Assembly (NCBI GenBank): GCA_938074205.1
Contig: CALJES010000012.1
Location: 278,840 to 342,839 of the forward strand
DNA: 64,000 nucleotides
Origin: an uncultured bacterium
GTDB taxonomy: Bacteria > Armatimonadota > UBA5829
Direction: 5' to 3'
The notes under the pieces are model-generated. The model saw only the letters and a list, made by a program, of their open reading frames with translations, was not told the DNA's origin and made no database searches. Positions 21,732 to 30,509 of the stretch are shown here, in pieces; position 1 is the stretch's first letter, and every line of letters begins with the position of its first letter. Made by a program: the position numbers and the translations under genes.

Positions 21732-22211
21732 GTGGAAGGGCACAGCTTGATGACCGACGATACTCAAAACTTGGTCCGCGTCGTATTAGACACAAATGTG
21801 TTTGTTGCTGCTTATTGGGCACCGTCAAGTGCGTCAGCTCAACTTATCCAAGCTTGTAGAAAGGGACTAGCTCGCGCCCAGTACTCCACTGAGGTTCGAG
21901 AAGAAGTCGAACGCGTGTTGCGGGCCATCAAAGCTAGACCCCAATTCGTTTATTCACTTGAAGCATTCTGGTCTGCTGCTGAGAAAGTCCGTGCAGTCAG
22001 CGTAGGTTCTGTCCGGGTGCCTGACCCCGACGACCAAAAGTTCTTGGAAGCCGCGGTTGGCGGGGCGAGTGACCTTTTGGTAACAAACGACAACCACCTA
22101 CTAAGCTTGAAATCCGTAGGCCGAACCGAAATAGTGACGCCGTCGACAGCGATGAAGATTGTTTGCCAAATATATCGCGTAGGACCGAGCCATCCTATTG
22201 GTCATAGTTGA
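21732..22211 (+). CDS. PIN-domain nuclease (VapC/PIN_3-like); start may be ATG 21750
   Basis: VVLDTNV, DPDDQKFLEAA, LVTNDNHLL acidic catalytic pattern. Confidence 0.85.
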   Translation: MEGHSLMTDDTQNLVRVVLDTNVFVAAYWAPSSASAQLIQACRKGLARAQYSTEVREEVERVLRAIKARPQFVYSLEAFWSAAEKVRAVSVGSVRVPDPDDQKFLEAAVGGASDLLVTNDNHLLSLKSVGRTEIVTPSTAMKIVCQIYRVGPSHPIGHS

Positions 22212-22266
22212 ATAGACGTTGAGAGATAATTAAACTTGTATAAATTATGGAACTGGCTCTACCCGA

Positions 22267-25200
22267 ATGTTCAAACGGAATAAAGTGGCGAAGAAAATGG
22301 GTGCTCCAGCATTTTCCAATCAAGAAACGACAAGACGATTCATAGATAACTGTATCAGCGCATTGGAAGACGAAATCCAAGCCGCTGAACACACCGGAGG
22401 TTCCAAAAGGACAGTCGCACTAGCTAACGGACGCTTTCAAAGAACGATTGATCGAACTCATATATACGTGTTTGTAGCATCTGATGGCATGCCGCCGTCC
22501 TACGAAGATGCTCCTGTGCAAATATTGGTTTCAGGACAGGAGATAGACGGATCTGTTGTAGGCATAGAGGAGTTTGAGGTGATAATTGCTCTCGAAGAAT
22601 ACGTGGGAATGTACGTAGCTACAGCAGAACTCGTCGTCGACCTAACGTTCATACTTGAGAAGCTCAGAGAGCTTTTGACTGAGCGGGCCTCTGCTTTAGA
22701 GGTCCACGATGTAACCCTGAAAGTCTTTGGATTTGGTCAGCCACGTATCTCTTTAAGTTCTGCAAAACACCTTTCTGCTGACGAATGTTACATGAACGAA
22801 GCCCAGAAGCACGCATTGGGCAAGTGTCTAGGCAGCGACTTCGTAATGGTTTGGGGACCTCCCGGTACAGGAAAAACGCACGTTTTGGCGAGGGTTCTCG
22901 GCGAGCAGATTTTGCAAGGACAGTCCATTGCTCTACTCTCGAACACTAACATCGCTGTAGACCAAGCGCTTGAGCAGCTACTTAAACTCTGTGAAAATAA
23001 CGAAAGACTCAAGTGTTTGAAAGACGAAGGAAAGATAATACGCTTGGGCACACCTCAATTGGAAAGCGTCTTATCCATTACTCTCGATAGGATGGCTGAA
23101 CGCATAGCGTCCCAATTGAAAGACGAACTAACAAGGCTAAAGCGGCGCCGGGATAGACGAACTAAACGCTTGGAACAAGTGAGGTCGAGGATTAAAAGGC
23201 TTAGGGAATTGCTGGAGTTACATCGTAGACTCAATGAAGTAGTGGACTCGGAAAAACGCATTGCCCACGAGCTGAAAAAAGTGTGCCACCAATACCACGT
23301 GCTTGCAGACGAGCTTCTTGCGCTAAATTTGCGACTGTCCGTCATCCAAAAAAGGCGCCGCCTGCTACGCCTGATATACAGGTCCAAACAGCGCCGCTTG
23401 GAGCAGCTCGTGACTCAAAAAGAAGAGGGTTGCAGAAAAATAAACGAGAATATGCGTAAGTTAACCGAAAAAGTCTTGGCTCACCGCGCTGAGGTCGAAA
23501 AACTTCGCCAACGGATGGCCACCTTGACAAATGGCGTAGTCGATCCAGCGAAATGGGAAACCTGTCTGGCTCGGCTTACAAGTCTTGAGACGAGGCTACA
23601 AAATGAGATGGCCATCTTCGCAGCGAGAATCCACGAGCTTGAAATCGCTCTCCAGACAGTTGAAGCAAGAATTCTTAACGAGGCTCTCCTTGTAGGGTGT
23701 ACCTGCGCTAAGAGCACCCTCGACGTTAATGTCAGTAGCCGTAGGTTTTCAACGGTGGCTGTAGATGAATCCAGTATGGTCTCCCTTCCGCAAACACTCT
23801 GGTGTACGAACTTGGCTAATAAAAGGTTCCTTTGTTTTGGGGACTTTCGCCAGTTGCCACCGATCACCTTGATCAAACCAGATTCTGGGCAGGAGTCATA
23901 TGAGATCATGCATAGTAGCATATTCGAAAGACATCGGTTGGGCGAGAGTTTACAGGACGCCCTTGGGGATCCGCGGGTAGCTTTGCTAAATGAACAATAT
24001 CGTATGAATCCAGAAATATGTGAGCTCGTGAACAAATGGATGTATGGGGGCCGCTTGATTACGGTACCTGGGACCGGCTGCGGAGCTATGCTGTCCCAGG
24101 ATCCACCTCTTGCACTGGTTGACACGTCGTTATTTGGTGCATGGAGCGACAAGAACGCGGATTTTTCGTGGTACAATTGGCACCACGCATTTGTGGTGCT
24201 GGAACTCGTGCGAGAATTGAGAAATGATTCAGGTGCCCAGGCAGATCAAGGTGCGCTAGTGCTGATACTTACGCCGTACCGCGCTCAGGTTCGCCTAATT
24301 CGAGCATTGCTGGAAGAAGCAGACCTTCAAGAGAACGCGAGAGTATCAACCGTCTGGGGTTGCCAAGGAACAGAAGCAAGCGTTGTCATATTTGATACCG
24401 TGTGTGCCCCTCCGTACAGCAAACCGGGACGATGGTTTCTGCATGAACCGGGGCCAGCGGACGGTGCCAGGTTAATTAACGTCGCCATAACAAGAGCCAA
24501 GGACAAGTTGTATATAGTGGGGCATAGGCAGCACCTTGTGCGGAGCTGCCCATCAACCGCGTTCATAAGGAAAATTCTGGATTGCTTAATCGCAAATGAC
24601 CATATTATCGATTCACGGGAAATCGCGAAAAACTTGATACCGGAAGAACCAGCCGACGATGGTGGCTTTCCTATTGGCGCATTTGGGACTGCCTCGTTCA
24701 AGTTGTTCGACCAAGAGACGTTTCTAGAGGCGTTTATAAGCGATCTTTGTCAACTTCCGCCAGGATCGCGGATAACCATCTTCCGGCCGTTCTTAAGTGG
24801 GGAATCCTTTGCACGTTGCAAGTCGCATTTTTGCACATTGCTCAAAAATGGCTGCAGCATCGAGCTATTTACACGAGATCGCTCTGCGCAGAACAGGGGC
24901 AGGCCACTCGACGCTGTCGATTCTATGATTGATGAGCTGGAAAGATTGGGGGCAAAGGTTGGGATAGATTCGTATCTGCGGGGCCAAAGATTCGAGCACC
25001 ACAAGTTGGCTTTTCTCGAGTACCCGCAGGAATCAGACCGAAGAAGCGAACCTGTTATCTGGATCGACAGCAAAAGGATTCTTGGTCACCGCTCTGGTTG
25101 GGAGACTATGCTGCGAATTCAGTCGCGCAATGTGTACAGCGTCTTTGCGAGTATCATCGGTTTAGAAGACCGGCGCAAGCACGTACCAGTACACGTTTTG

Positions 25201-25521
25201 ATAAGCAAACTGGAGAACACACTTCAGCGACAGCTGCAAGCAATTTGTCCTGTTCACAAATTACACATGAAGCTTCGTTTCTCGGTTAGAAGTAGTAAAA
25301 AGTCATTTTTTATGTGTTGTCCTACGTGGAGCAAAAGCAGATGTGACCAGAAGATGAATGTGTCGGTTGAAGAGCTTAACAAAGCTCTGGAGTTCATTCG
25401 GGCGACGTGCTTGGAACCCGGCTGCGACGCTCCGTTGGATGCAAGACGAGGTCGTGAAGGCATATACATAAGGTGCTCCGAAGGACACTATGTCCCCCTT
25501 ATTTCATACTTCCGTAGATAA
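22267..25521 (+). CDS. Upf1/Dna2-like SF1 helicase with coiled-coil insert, PLD-like domain and C-terminal Zn ribbons
   Basis: GPPGTGKT, VDESS, GDFRQLPP, QYRM, TPYRAQ, QGTE, NVAITRAK; HHKLAFLE; C-terminal Cys/His clusters. Confidence 0.8.
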   Translation: MFKRNKVAKKMGAPAFSNQETTRRFIDNCISALEDEIQAAEHTGGSKRTVALANGRFQRTIDRTHIYVFVASDGMPPSYEDAPVQILVSGQEIDGSVVGIEEFEVIIALEEYVGMYVATAELVVDLTFILEKLRELLTERASALEVHDVTLKVFGFGQPRISLSSAKHLSADECYMNEAQKHALGKCLGSDFVMVWGPPGTGKTHVLARVLGEQILQGQSIALLSNTNIAVDQALEQLLKLCENNERLKCLKDEGKIIRLGTPQLESVLSITLDRMAERIASQLKDELTRLKRRRDRRTKRLEQVRSRIKRLRELLELHRRLNEVVDSEKRIAHELKKVCHQYHVLADELLALNLRLSVIQKRRRLLRLIYRSKQRRLEQLVTQKEEGCRKINENMRKLTEKVLAHRAEVEKLRQRMATLTNGVVDPAKWETCLARLTSLETRLQNEMAIFAARIHELEIALQTVEARILNEALLVGCTCAKSTLDVNVSSRRFSTVAVDESSMVSLPQTLWCTNLANKRFLCFGDFRQLPPITLIKPDSGQESYEIMHSSIFERHRLGESLQDALGDPRVALLNEQYRMNPEICELVNKWMYGGRLITVPGTGCGAMLSQDPPLALVDTSLFGAWSDKNADFSWYNWHHAFVVLELVRELRNDSGAQADQGALVLILTPYRAQVRLIRALLEEADLQENARVSTVWGCQGTEASVVIFDTVCAPPYSKPGRWFLHEPGPADGARLINVAITRAKDKLYIVGHRQHLVRSCPSTAFIRKILDCLIANDHIIDSREIAKNLIPEEPADDGGFPIGAFGTASFKLFDQETFLEAFISDLCQLPPGSRITIFRPFLSGESFARCKSHFCTLLKNGCSIELFTRDRSAQNRGRPLDAVDSMIDELERLGAKVGIDSYLRGQRFEHHKLAFLEYPQESDRRSEPVIWIDSKRILGHRSGWETMLRIQSRNVYSVFASIIGLEDRRKHVPVHVLISKLENTLQRQLQAICPVHKLHMKLRFSVRSSKKSFFMCCPTWSKSRCDQKMNVSVEELNKALEFIRATCLEPGCDAPLDARRGREGIYIRCSEGHYVPLISYFRR

Positions 25522-25540
25522 GTGTGACCTTTTCTGCATG

Positions 25541-27004
25541 TTACTCGGACGAATTCGCCAACAGCTCGCATATCTTGTTCTGCACAGCCGTTGCAGCGCT
25601 ATTTGGGCAAGGGTGGTTGTTCATCAGTATGGAGAATACCAGCGGTTCGCCGGACTTTGTTGTGAGGTAACCTGAGAGACTGCTTACTCTGCTTAAATAC
25701 CCCGTTTTTGCGCGAACGTTGTTCTCCGCAGACGTGCCCTTCATCCTATTCTTCAGAGTGCCGTCTACGCCGGCCAACGGTAGCGAATCTATGAACGCAC
25801 GGGCATGCGGATGACGATACATATGACTCAAAAGCTCAACCAAGCTCCTCGCGGTCACACAGTTCAGCCTGGAAAGACCCGACCCGTCGGCTATATAAAT
25901 GCCGCCGAGGTCAATGCCTATCTGAGTCATGAATTCCTTCTCGACTTCACGGCCGCACTCAGCTGAGCCCTTTCCCTTAACAAATGCGCCCAGCGTTTTT
26001 AGAAGAATCTCAGCTATGAGGTTGTCGCTGGGCTTGTTGAGAAGCTCGAGAATTTTCGATAACGGTGGGGAAACATGCTCGCACAGCAACGTTGCATCGC
26101 TCGGAATTTTGCCGCGTTTAACTTCACCCTCCACTACTATGCCCTGCTTGTGAAGTTCATTCTTAAACACGTGACCAGTGTAAAGAGCCGGCTCGTGAAT
26201 GGTAATAATCGCTTCCGAGGCAGTAACTTTCGTCCCCACAGGTATGCTACCGCCCGCTCGGATTATATTGGTGCCCAGAACCCTATAGACCCAGACGGTT
26301 TTCTGTGAATCGGTCTCTCCTGTTATCGGACAGCTCTCAATCTGCAAGAACGAGTTGACGGGATCCAGTTGCACGATTGCTGGATCCCCAGGTTTCTTGC
26401 CAGGGTAGACCCACACGTTTACGACGTTTCGGTTAAGGTTCAGCGCAGTTATCTCTGCTGAGTAGTAATAACACAGGTCGTTCCACGGCCAACCTGTTCC
26501 AAGCCGACAGTCATCAAATAGAGAATCGTCCACGATCAAATCACCCGTTACCTTCTTGATGCCCTGGGTTTTCAGTTTTTGGGCCATCTCCACCAGATCG
26601 TTGGTTTCCAGGGTCGGATCGCCGCCGCCCACTAACGCAATAGAACCCTTGACCAAACCGTGTGGGTTCACTGGCGCGCATGTAAACACCTTGGTGACGT
26701 ATGTAAAATCCGGCCCCAGGCGGTCAAGCGCGGCAGCAGAGACTAGGAGCTTCATATTTGAAGCCGGGATCATAGCCAGATCAGCATTCCGTTCATACAG
26801 GGTTTTGCCAGTCTGCAGAGATTTTACCAAGACTGCTTGGATGCCGTGATTTAGGTTCGGATCGGCGAGCATTTGATCGATCTGGTGATGCAGACTATTT
26901 GCTTGTGCATAAGTCGCAATCCAAACCGCGAGAATGCACCATAGGAGTACTAAGCGCGCCCTGCGATACGAGACTGCTGATAGTCTTCGATTGCTCCTGT
27001 TCAT
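25541..27004 (-). CDS. dacB: D-Ala-D-Ala carboxypeptidase/endopeptidase (PBP4, S13)
   Basis: PASNMK, SDN, DGSGLSR, KTG. Confidence 0.93.
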   Translation of the reverse strand: MNRSNRRLSAVSYRRARLVLLWCILAVWIATYAQANSLHHQIDQMLADPNLNHGIQAVLVKSLQTGKTLYERNADLAMIPASNMKLLVSAAALDRLGPDFTYVTKVFTCAPVNPHGLVKGSIALVGGGDPTLETNDLVEMAQKLKTQGIKKVTGDLIVDDSLFDDCRLGTGWPWNDLCYYYSAEITALNLNRNVVNVWVYPGKKPGDPAIVQLDPVNSFLQIESCPITGETDSQKTVWVYRVLGTNIIRAGGSIPVGTKVTASEAIITIHEPALYTGHVFKNELHKQGIVVEGEVKRGKIPSDATLLCEHVSPPLSKILELLNKPSDNLIAEILLKTLGAFVKGKGSAECGREVEKEFMTQIGIDLGGIYIADGSGLSRLNCVTARSLVELLSHMYRHPHARAFIDSLPLAGVDGTLKNRMKGTSAENNVRAKTGYLSRVSSLSGYLTTKSGEPLVFSILMNNHPCPNSAATAVQNKICELLANSSE

Positions 27005-27526
27005 CTAGCTCAACTCCATTGGCTACTGCCGGTGTATACCATTCGCTTCGATACCATGCCTGTCCATAAGTTAGTGAAGCCGGTTTAGCCCGCTAGGCAT
27101 CGAACGATGCCGTGTGTGAAACGCTTATAGTAATATGGTCTGGAAAAACAGACGATTGCTACCTTGCTATTCACATTATACGCCAGCCTGGACAGCAAAA
27201 GCTGGCGCGAACACCGGATGTCGCAAAATTTATCTCATTCTCCTCACCTTCGAGCACCTTGGAAGCTATTGGAATGGCAGTCGGAGTAAACCACCGATGG
27301 TCATTTCAAAGTTTGATATCTACCGTTTACGGCTCAATGTGAAAGTTCTTATCCGCATCATCCAGGCGGCAAAGCGTATCCTGAGCTGACTCCAGTCCCT
27401 AGTGAATGCCAGGGTCAAGCTAAGGCGAACTCTTCCAGGTCATTGCTAAGTCCAGCGGACAGGTGTAGGGTGACTTTTCTTTTGTATAATGCGGTGCAAA
27501 TGCGCTGGATGCAGGATCAAAAACGC

Positions 27527-28099
27527 TCAGCTGCGTCGCTCTCTTACGGGCCCAAGGGATATGTCTATGTCATCAGTCAGAAGCTCAGAACCACTCTGTC
27601 GCGCCTGGATCTCACCGCGCCTAGAATCCTCAACTGTCAGCAGGATAGAGCGTGTTCCTAAAGGAAACGATTTTTGATTTCGGCGCGCCCAAGCCGCAGC
27701 ATCTTTGTTTACGGGGCTTGCCAAGTTGTAGCTTTTGTACTGGATCATATCGGCGATGTGAACAATGACATCTACCAAAGTAACACCAGGAGACCAGTAA
27801 TCGCCTATGCAGACGTAATCTCCTATGTTCGGGTGCCATATCGGGGTGCGCATCGTGCATCTTGGACCCTGCCTCGGGTAACCGGTCGACAGTACTATAT
27901 CCACAACGTGCTTCTCTGACACCACAGCTCTACTCGATGCCTCATCCCAAACAAGTCCCGTCAGCCTGTAAGTAACTCGGTAATACCAAGGCGGGTTACC
28001 CTGAATCGGTTCTACACACACAAACTCGTTGCCGGAAAGTTCCGATAAGATCTTTTCGTATTCGCGACGCAGACGCCTTGTCCGAATTGTCTCGCTCAC
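27527..28099 (-). CDS. E2 ubiquitin-conjugating enzyme (UBC fold)
   Basis: N-terminal RRLRRE helix, YP..GP, WHPNI-GDY-VC97, W.P, SPVN..AA. Confidence 0.88.
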   Translation of the reverse strand: MSETIRTRRLRREYEKILSELSGNEFVCVEPIQGNPPWYYRVTYRLTGLVWDEASSRAVVSEKHVVDIVLSTGYPRQGPRCTMRTPIWHPNIGDYVCIGDYWSPGVTLVDVIVHIADMIQYKSYNLASPVNKDAAAWARRNQKSFPLGTRSILLTVEDSRRGEIQARQSGSELLTDDIDISLGPVRERRS

Positions 28100-28114
28100 G
28101 ATACCGCACCTGCC

Positions 28115-29536
28115 TCACTTTGGCTTTCCCAGACTTGCGCAGATACGCTTGACCTTCCGCCGGTCGCTTTCAGACAGCGCATGGAAAAGTCTGTCATACG
28201 GCTCTTCGCGACAGATCACTCCGTAAGCTATCTCCCGACTTCGTTCACCGCGTAGCCACCGAACAGCTTTCTCATGCCAAGCGTTCGAACCATGCTCGTC
28301 ATGAACAGCTACGCTTAGCTTCAGCGACCGCACAATGTCCCTTACGCGGCAGGCTCTCTCGATCCGCTTCTCACGGCTTGCAGCCGCCCGCTTGTAGACT
28401 TGGAGGGCTTGTTTAACGTAGTCCGGCGAGGCTACAATAATATCAGGTCGACGACTATTGGATGTGAATGAGCTTTCTATGTCTTTCACCAGCGACGGTT
28501 CCTGCGCCCGCGGTAGCTGCCGGGCGAGACGCGCCGCTGCAGCTAACTGCAAGTTGATTCTATCGAGCTTTTCACCCTCTTCGTTGCCAATTTCGCTATC
28601 GGACAGCGCCGCGCTTACACGCTGAAACTCCAAAAACGCTTGTCGGTTTTCCGGGTTAGCTGAAAGTTCGAGCCTAAGCAACCTCTCACCGCCTGTAAGA
28701 TCACCTATCGAAAGCATTTCAATAGCGGTTTCCAGGTACGTAGTAGGATGTGTTGCCTGCCTCCCGCGGAAAACGACAAGCCACAAAGCGATCTGCGAAG
28801 CCGCCAATAGTATAATTAGTGACCAGATAATCCCAGGAACTCTACCGACGTTAAGGCGATTATTCATTTGTGCTGGTCCTCTAGCCGTGACCGTGGAATG
28901 ATCTGACGTTGCAGATAGCTCCCTCATACATTCCCGCAGTGCTTCTTCATTGCTGCGTGGGGCGAATACATAGAATCCGGAAATGCGTACAAGAGACTCC
29001 TGCGACCACTCAAAAATAGCCCATTCGCCCAACTTGGAGTCGACAACCATCGCTATCTGGTAGGAATCAGCGAAGTAGTGCTGGTGAATGAATTCGTCTT
29101 CCTTGGAAAGAAACGCTCCTAGCCCTGGGTGGCTGTGATACCAACCAACGATTCTCTCGCGTGAGTACCGCTGGGCAAGCTGCGCGTGCACCTGCTCCCA
29201 AGCCTCGTGGGTGAAAGTGAGCGATATACCGGTGCTTTCGGCCATCTCTGCTCGGATAATGTCGTTGACCTGAATAAAGTAACCCCTGCCAAACTTGCAG
29301 AACTCGCCTACCAACACTCCGCCGAGCTCACGCTCCGGATCTGCGAGAAGATGTTCCCTAATTGCCCGGACAGCTTGTTCACTGATGAAAACGGGATACA
29401 AATCATCGGCCGGCTGACCGCACGCGCAAACTCTCATCGCCCTGTTTTCAAGTGGGCTCTTTCTTTTGACGGCAGATAAGCGAGTTGACCTGCCTAGCTC
29501 CAGTTGTATGTCGTCGTTCTCTTCTTCGCGCTGCAT
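28115..29536 (-). CDS. JAMM/MPN+ (JAB) metallo-isopeptidase with TM helix and C-terminal helical/TPR-like domain
   Basis: E70…VGWYH134SH136PGLGAFLS144KED147; hydrophobic aa 236-256. Confidence 0.88.
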   Translation of the reverse strand: MQREEENDDIQLELGRSTRLSAVKRKSPLENRAMRVCACGQPADDLYPVFISEQAVRAIREHLLADPERELGGVLVGEFCKFGRGYFIQVNDIIRAEMAESTGISLTFTHEAWEQVHAQLAQRYSRERIVGWYHSHPGLGAFLSKEDEFIHQHYFADSYQIAMVVDSKLGEWAIFEWSQESLVRISGFYVFAPRSNEEALRECMRELSATSDHSTVTARGPAQMNNRLNVGRVPGIIWSLIILLAASQIALWLVVFRGRQATHPTTYLETAIEMLSIGDLTGGERLLRLELSANPENRQAFLEFQRVSAALSDSEIGNEEGEKLDRINLQLAAAARLARQLPRAQEPSLVKDIESSFTSNSRRPDIIVASPDYVKQALQVYKRAAASREKRIERACRVRDIVRSLKLSVAVHDEHGSNAWHEKAVRWLRGERSREIAYGVICREEPYDRLFHALSESDRRKVKRICASLGKPK

Positions 29537-29554
29537 ACTCTCGAATGTGTCGAT

Positions 29555-29980
29555 TCAGATCACAAGCCGGATCAAGAAGACGATCCCGCTTGAGCTGATA
29601 CTGAAGAGCACAACCGCTGGTCCAAAGCAGTTTTCGAAAAAGCGGTTTTCCCTAGCTGTGAAACGACAGTGCACACAAATGATCTGATTCTGCTTCACCG
29701 GTCTTCCGCACTTTATGCACCGCAGAGGCTGATCACTTTCGTCTGTCAGGTCTGTAGGCGCAATGACAATACGGCCCTCTGCAGTAGGCGAAATGCGATC
29801 AGAGATCTGCCGGTTCCATATTGCCCAACCGTCGCAGCCGTATACAGAGCAGCGGCCGTTGGACTTCCAGCACTCAGCATGATGCATTACGCCGCACTTG
29901 GGACAGCGTATCGCTTCTTCTTTCGATTCGATCGGACTTAGACAGTATGGGCAGTTCAGGCTTTCGTTTGTTGATCTCAC
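29555..29980 (-). CDS. Prokaryotic RING (C4HC3) + Zn-ribbon + C-terminal TM protein, candidate E3 (copy B)
   Basis: CPYC-x12-CPKC-x4-H-x2-CW…C-x4-C; CIKC…CVHC; hydrophobic C-terminus; GTG start 29980 overlaps upstream TGA (GTGA). Confidence 0.8.
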   Translation of the reverse strand: MRSTNESLNCPYCLSPIESKEEAIRCPKCGVMHHAECWKSNGRCSVYGCDGWAIWNRQISDRISPTAEGRIVIAPTDLTDESDQPLRCIKCGRPVKQNQIICVHCRFTARENRFFENCFGPAVVLFSISSSGIVFLIRLVI

Positions 29981-30459
29981 CTTTCCACTCGATCGAACGC
30001 TTTGGGTAGTTGGTCTATGGTATCGAGGCTGCCGGTAGGAACCGCCGCCACTATCAGCCAAGCTAACAGAACTGCTGAGACGAGCAACATAATCAGTATA
30101 GGTCCCACGTTCTTTGCGTCCTGGTGTTCTAGGATAGATGTGGGCCTACACGTATTGCAGTAGAGTTCCCCTGGAGGAACCTGCTTCCCGCAGTGCACAC
30201 ACGGGTTGGAAACGCTCATCGCTTTTCTGTTACTTGCAGATTCGACTGCCTCACGCGTTAGAAGGAGTCTACTCCTTGCCGGTGGTGTATCGAAGTTGAT
30301 TTCGATTATCCGTCTTGCTTTGGGACATTCCTTTGCACAGCAGCCGCGGTGCTCTTCCCAACAATCGAAGTGATACACCGAGCCGCATGCGTCGCAGGTC
30401 ACAGTTTTTTCCTGCAGGGCAATTTCGCTCATACAATAGCGACAACTTCTGTCTGCCAC
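29977..30459 (-). CDS. Prokaryotic RING (C4HC3) + Zn-ribbon + TM protein, candidate E3 (copy A)
   Basis: CRYC-x12-CDAC-x4-H-x2-CW…C-x4-C; CVHC…CNTC; TM ILIMLLVSAVLLAWLIVAAV. Confidence 0.8.
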   Translation of the reverse strand: MADRSCRYCMSEIALQEKTVTCDACGSVYHFDCWEEHRGCCAKECPKARRIIEINFDTPPARSRLLLTREAVESASNRKAMSVSNPCVHCGKQVPPGELYCNTCRPTSILEHQDAKNVGPILIMLLVSAVLLAWLIVAAVPTGSLDTIDQLPKAFDRVER

Positions 30460-30509
30460 TTCTGCTCACGTGTTAAAGTCGTTTGCTACGCGCCGCGCAA
30501 GCTATTCTC

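Noticed and set aside
29981..30061. N-terminal 27 aa of the ORF-track version of RING copy B
   Set aside because: Overlaps the 3' end of copy A; GTG at 29980 gives a standard 4-nt coupling and matches copy A's domain start
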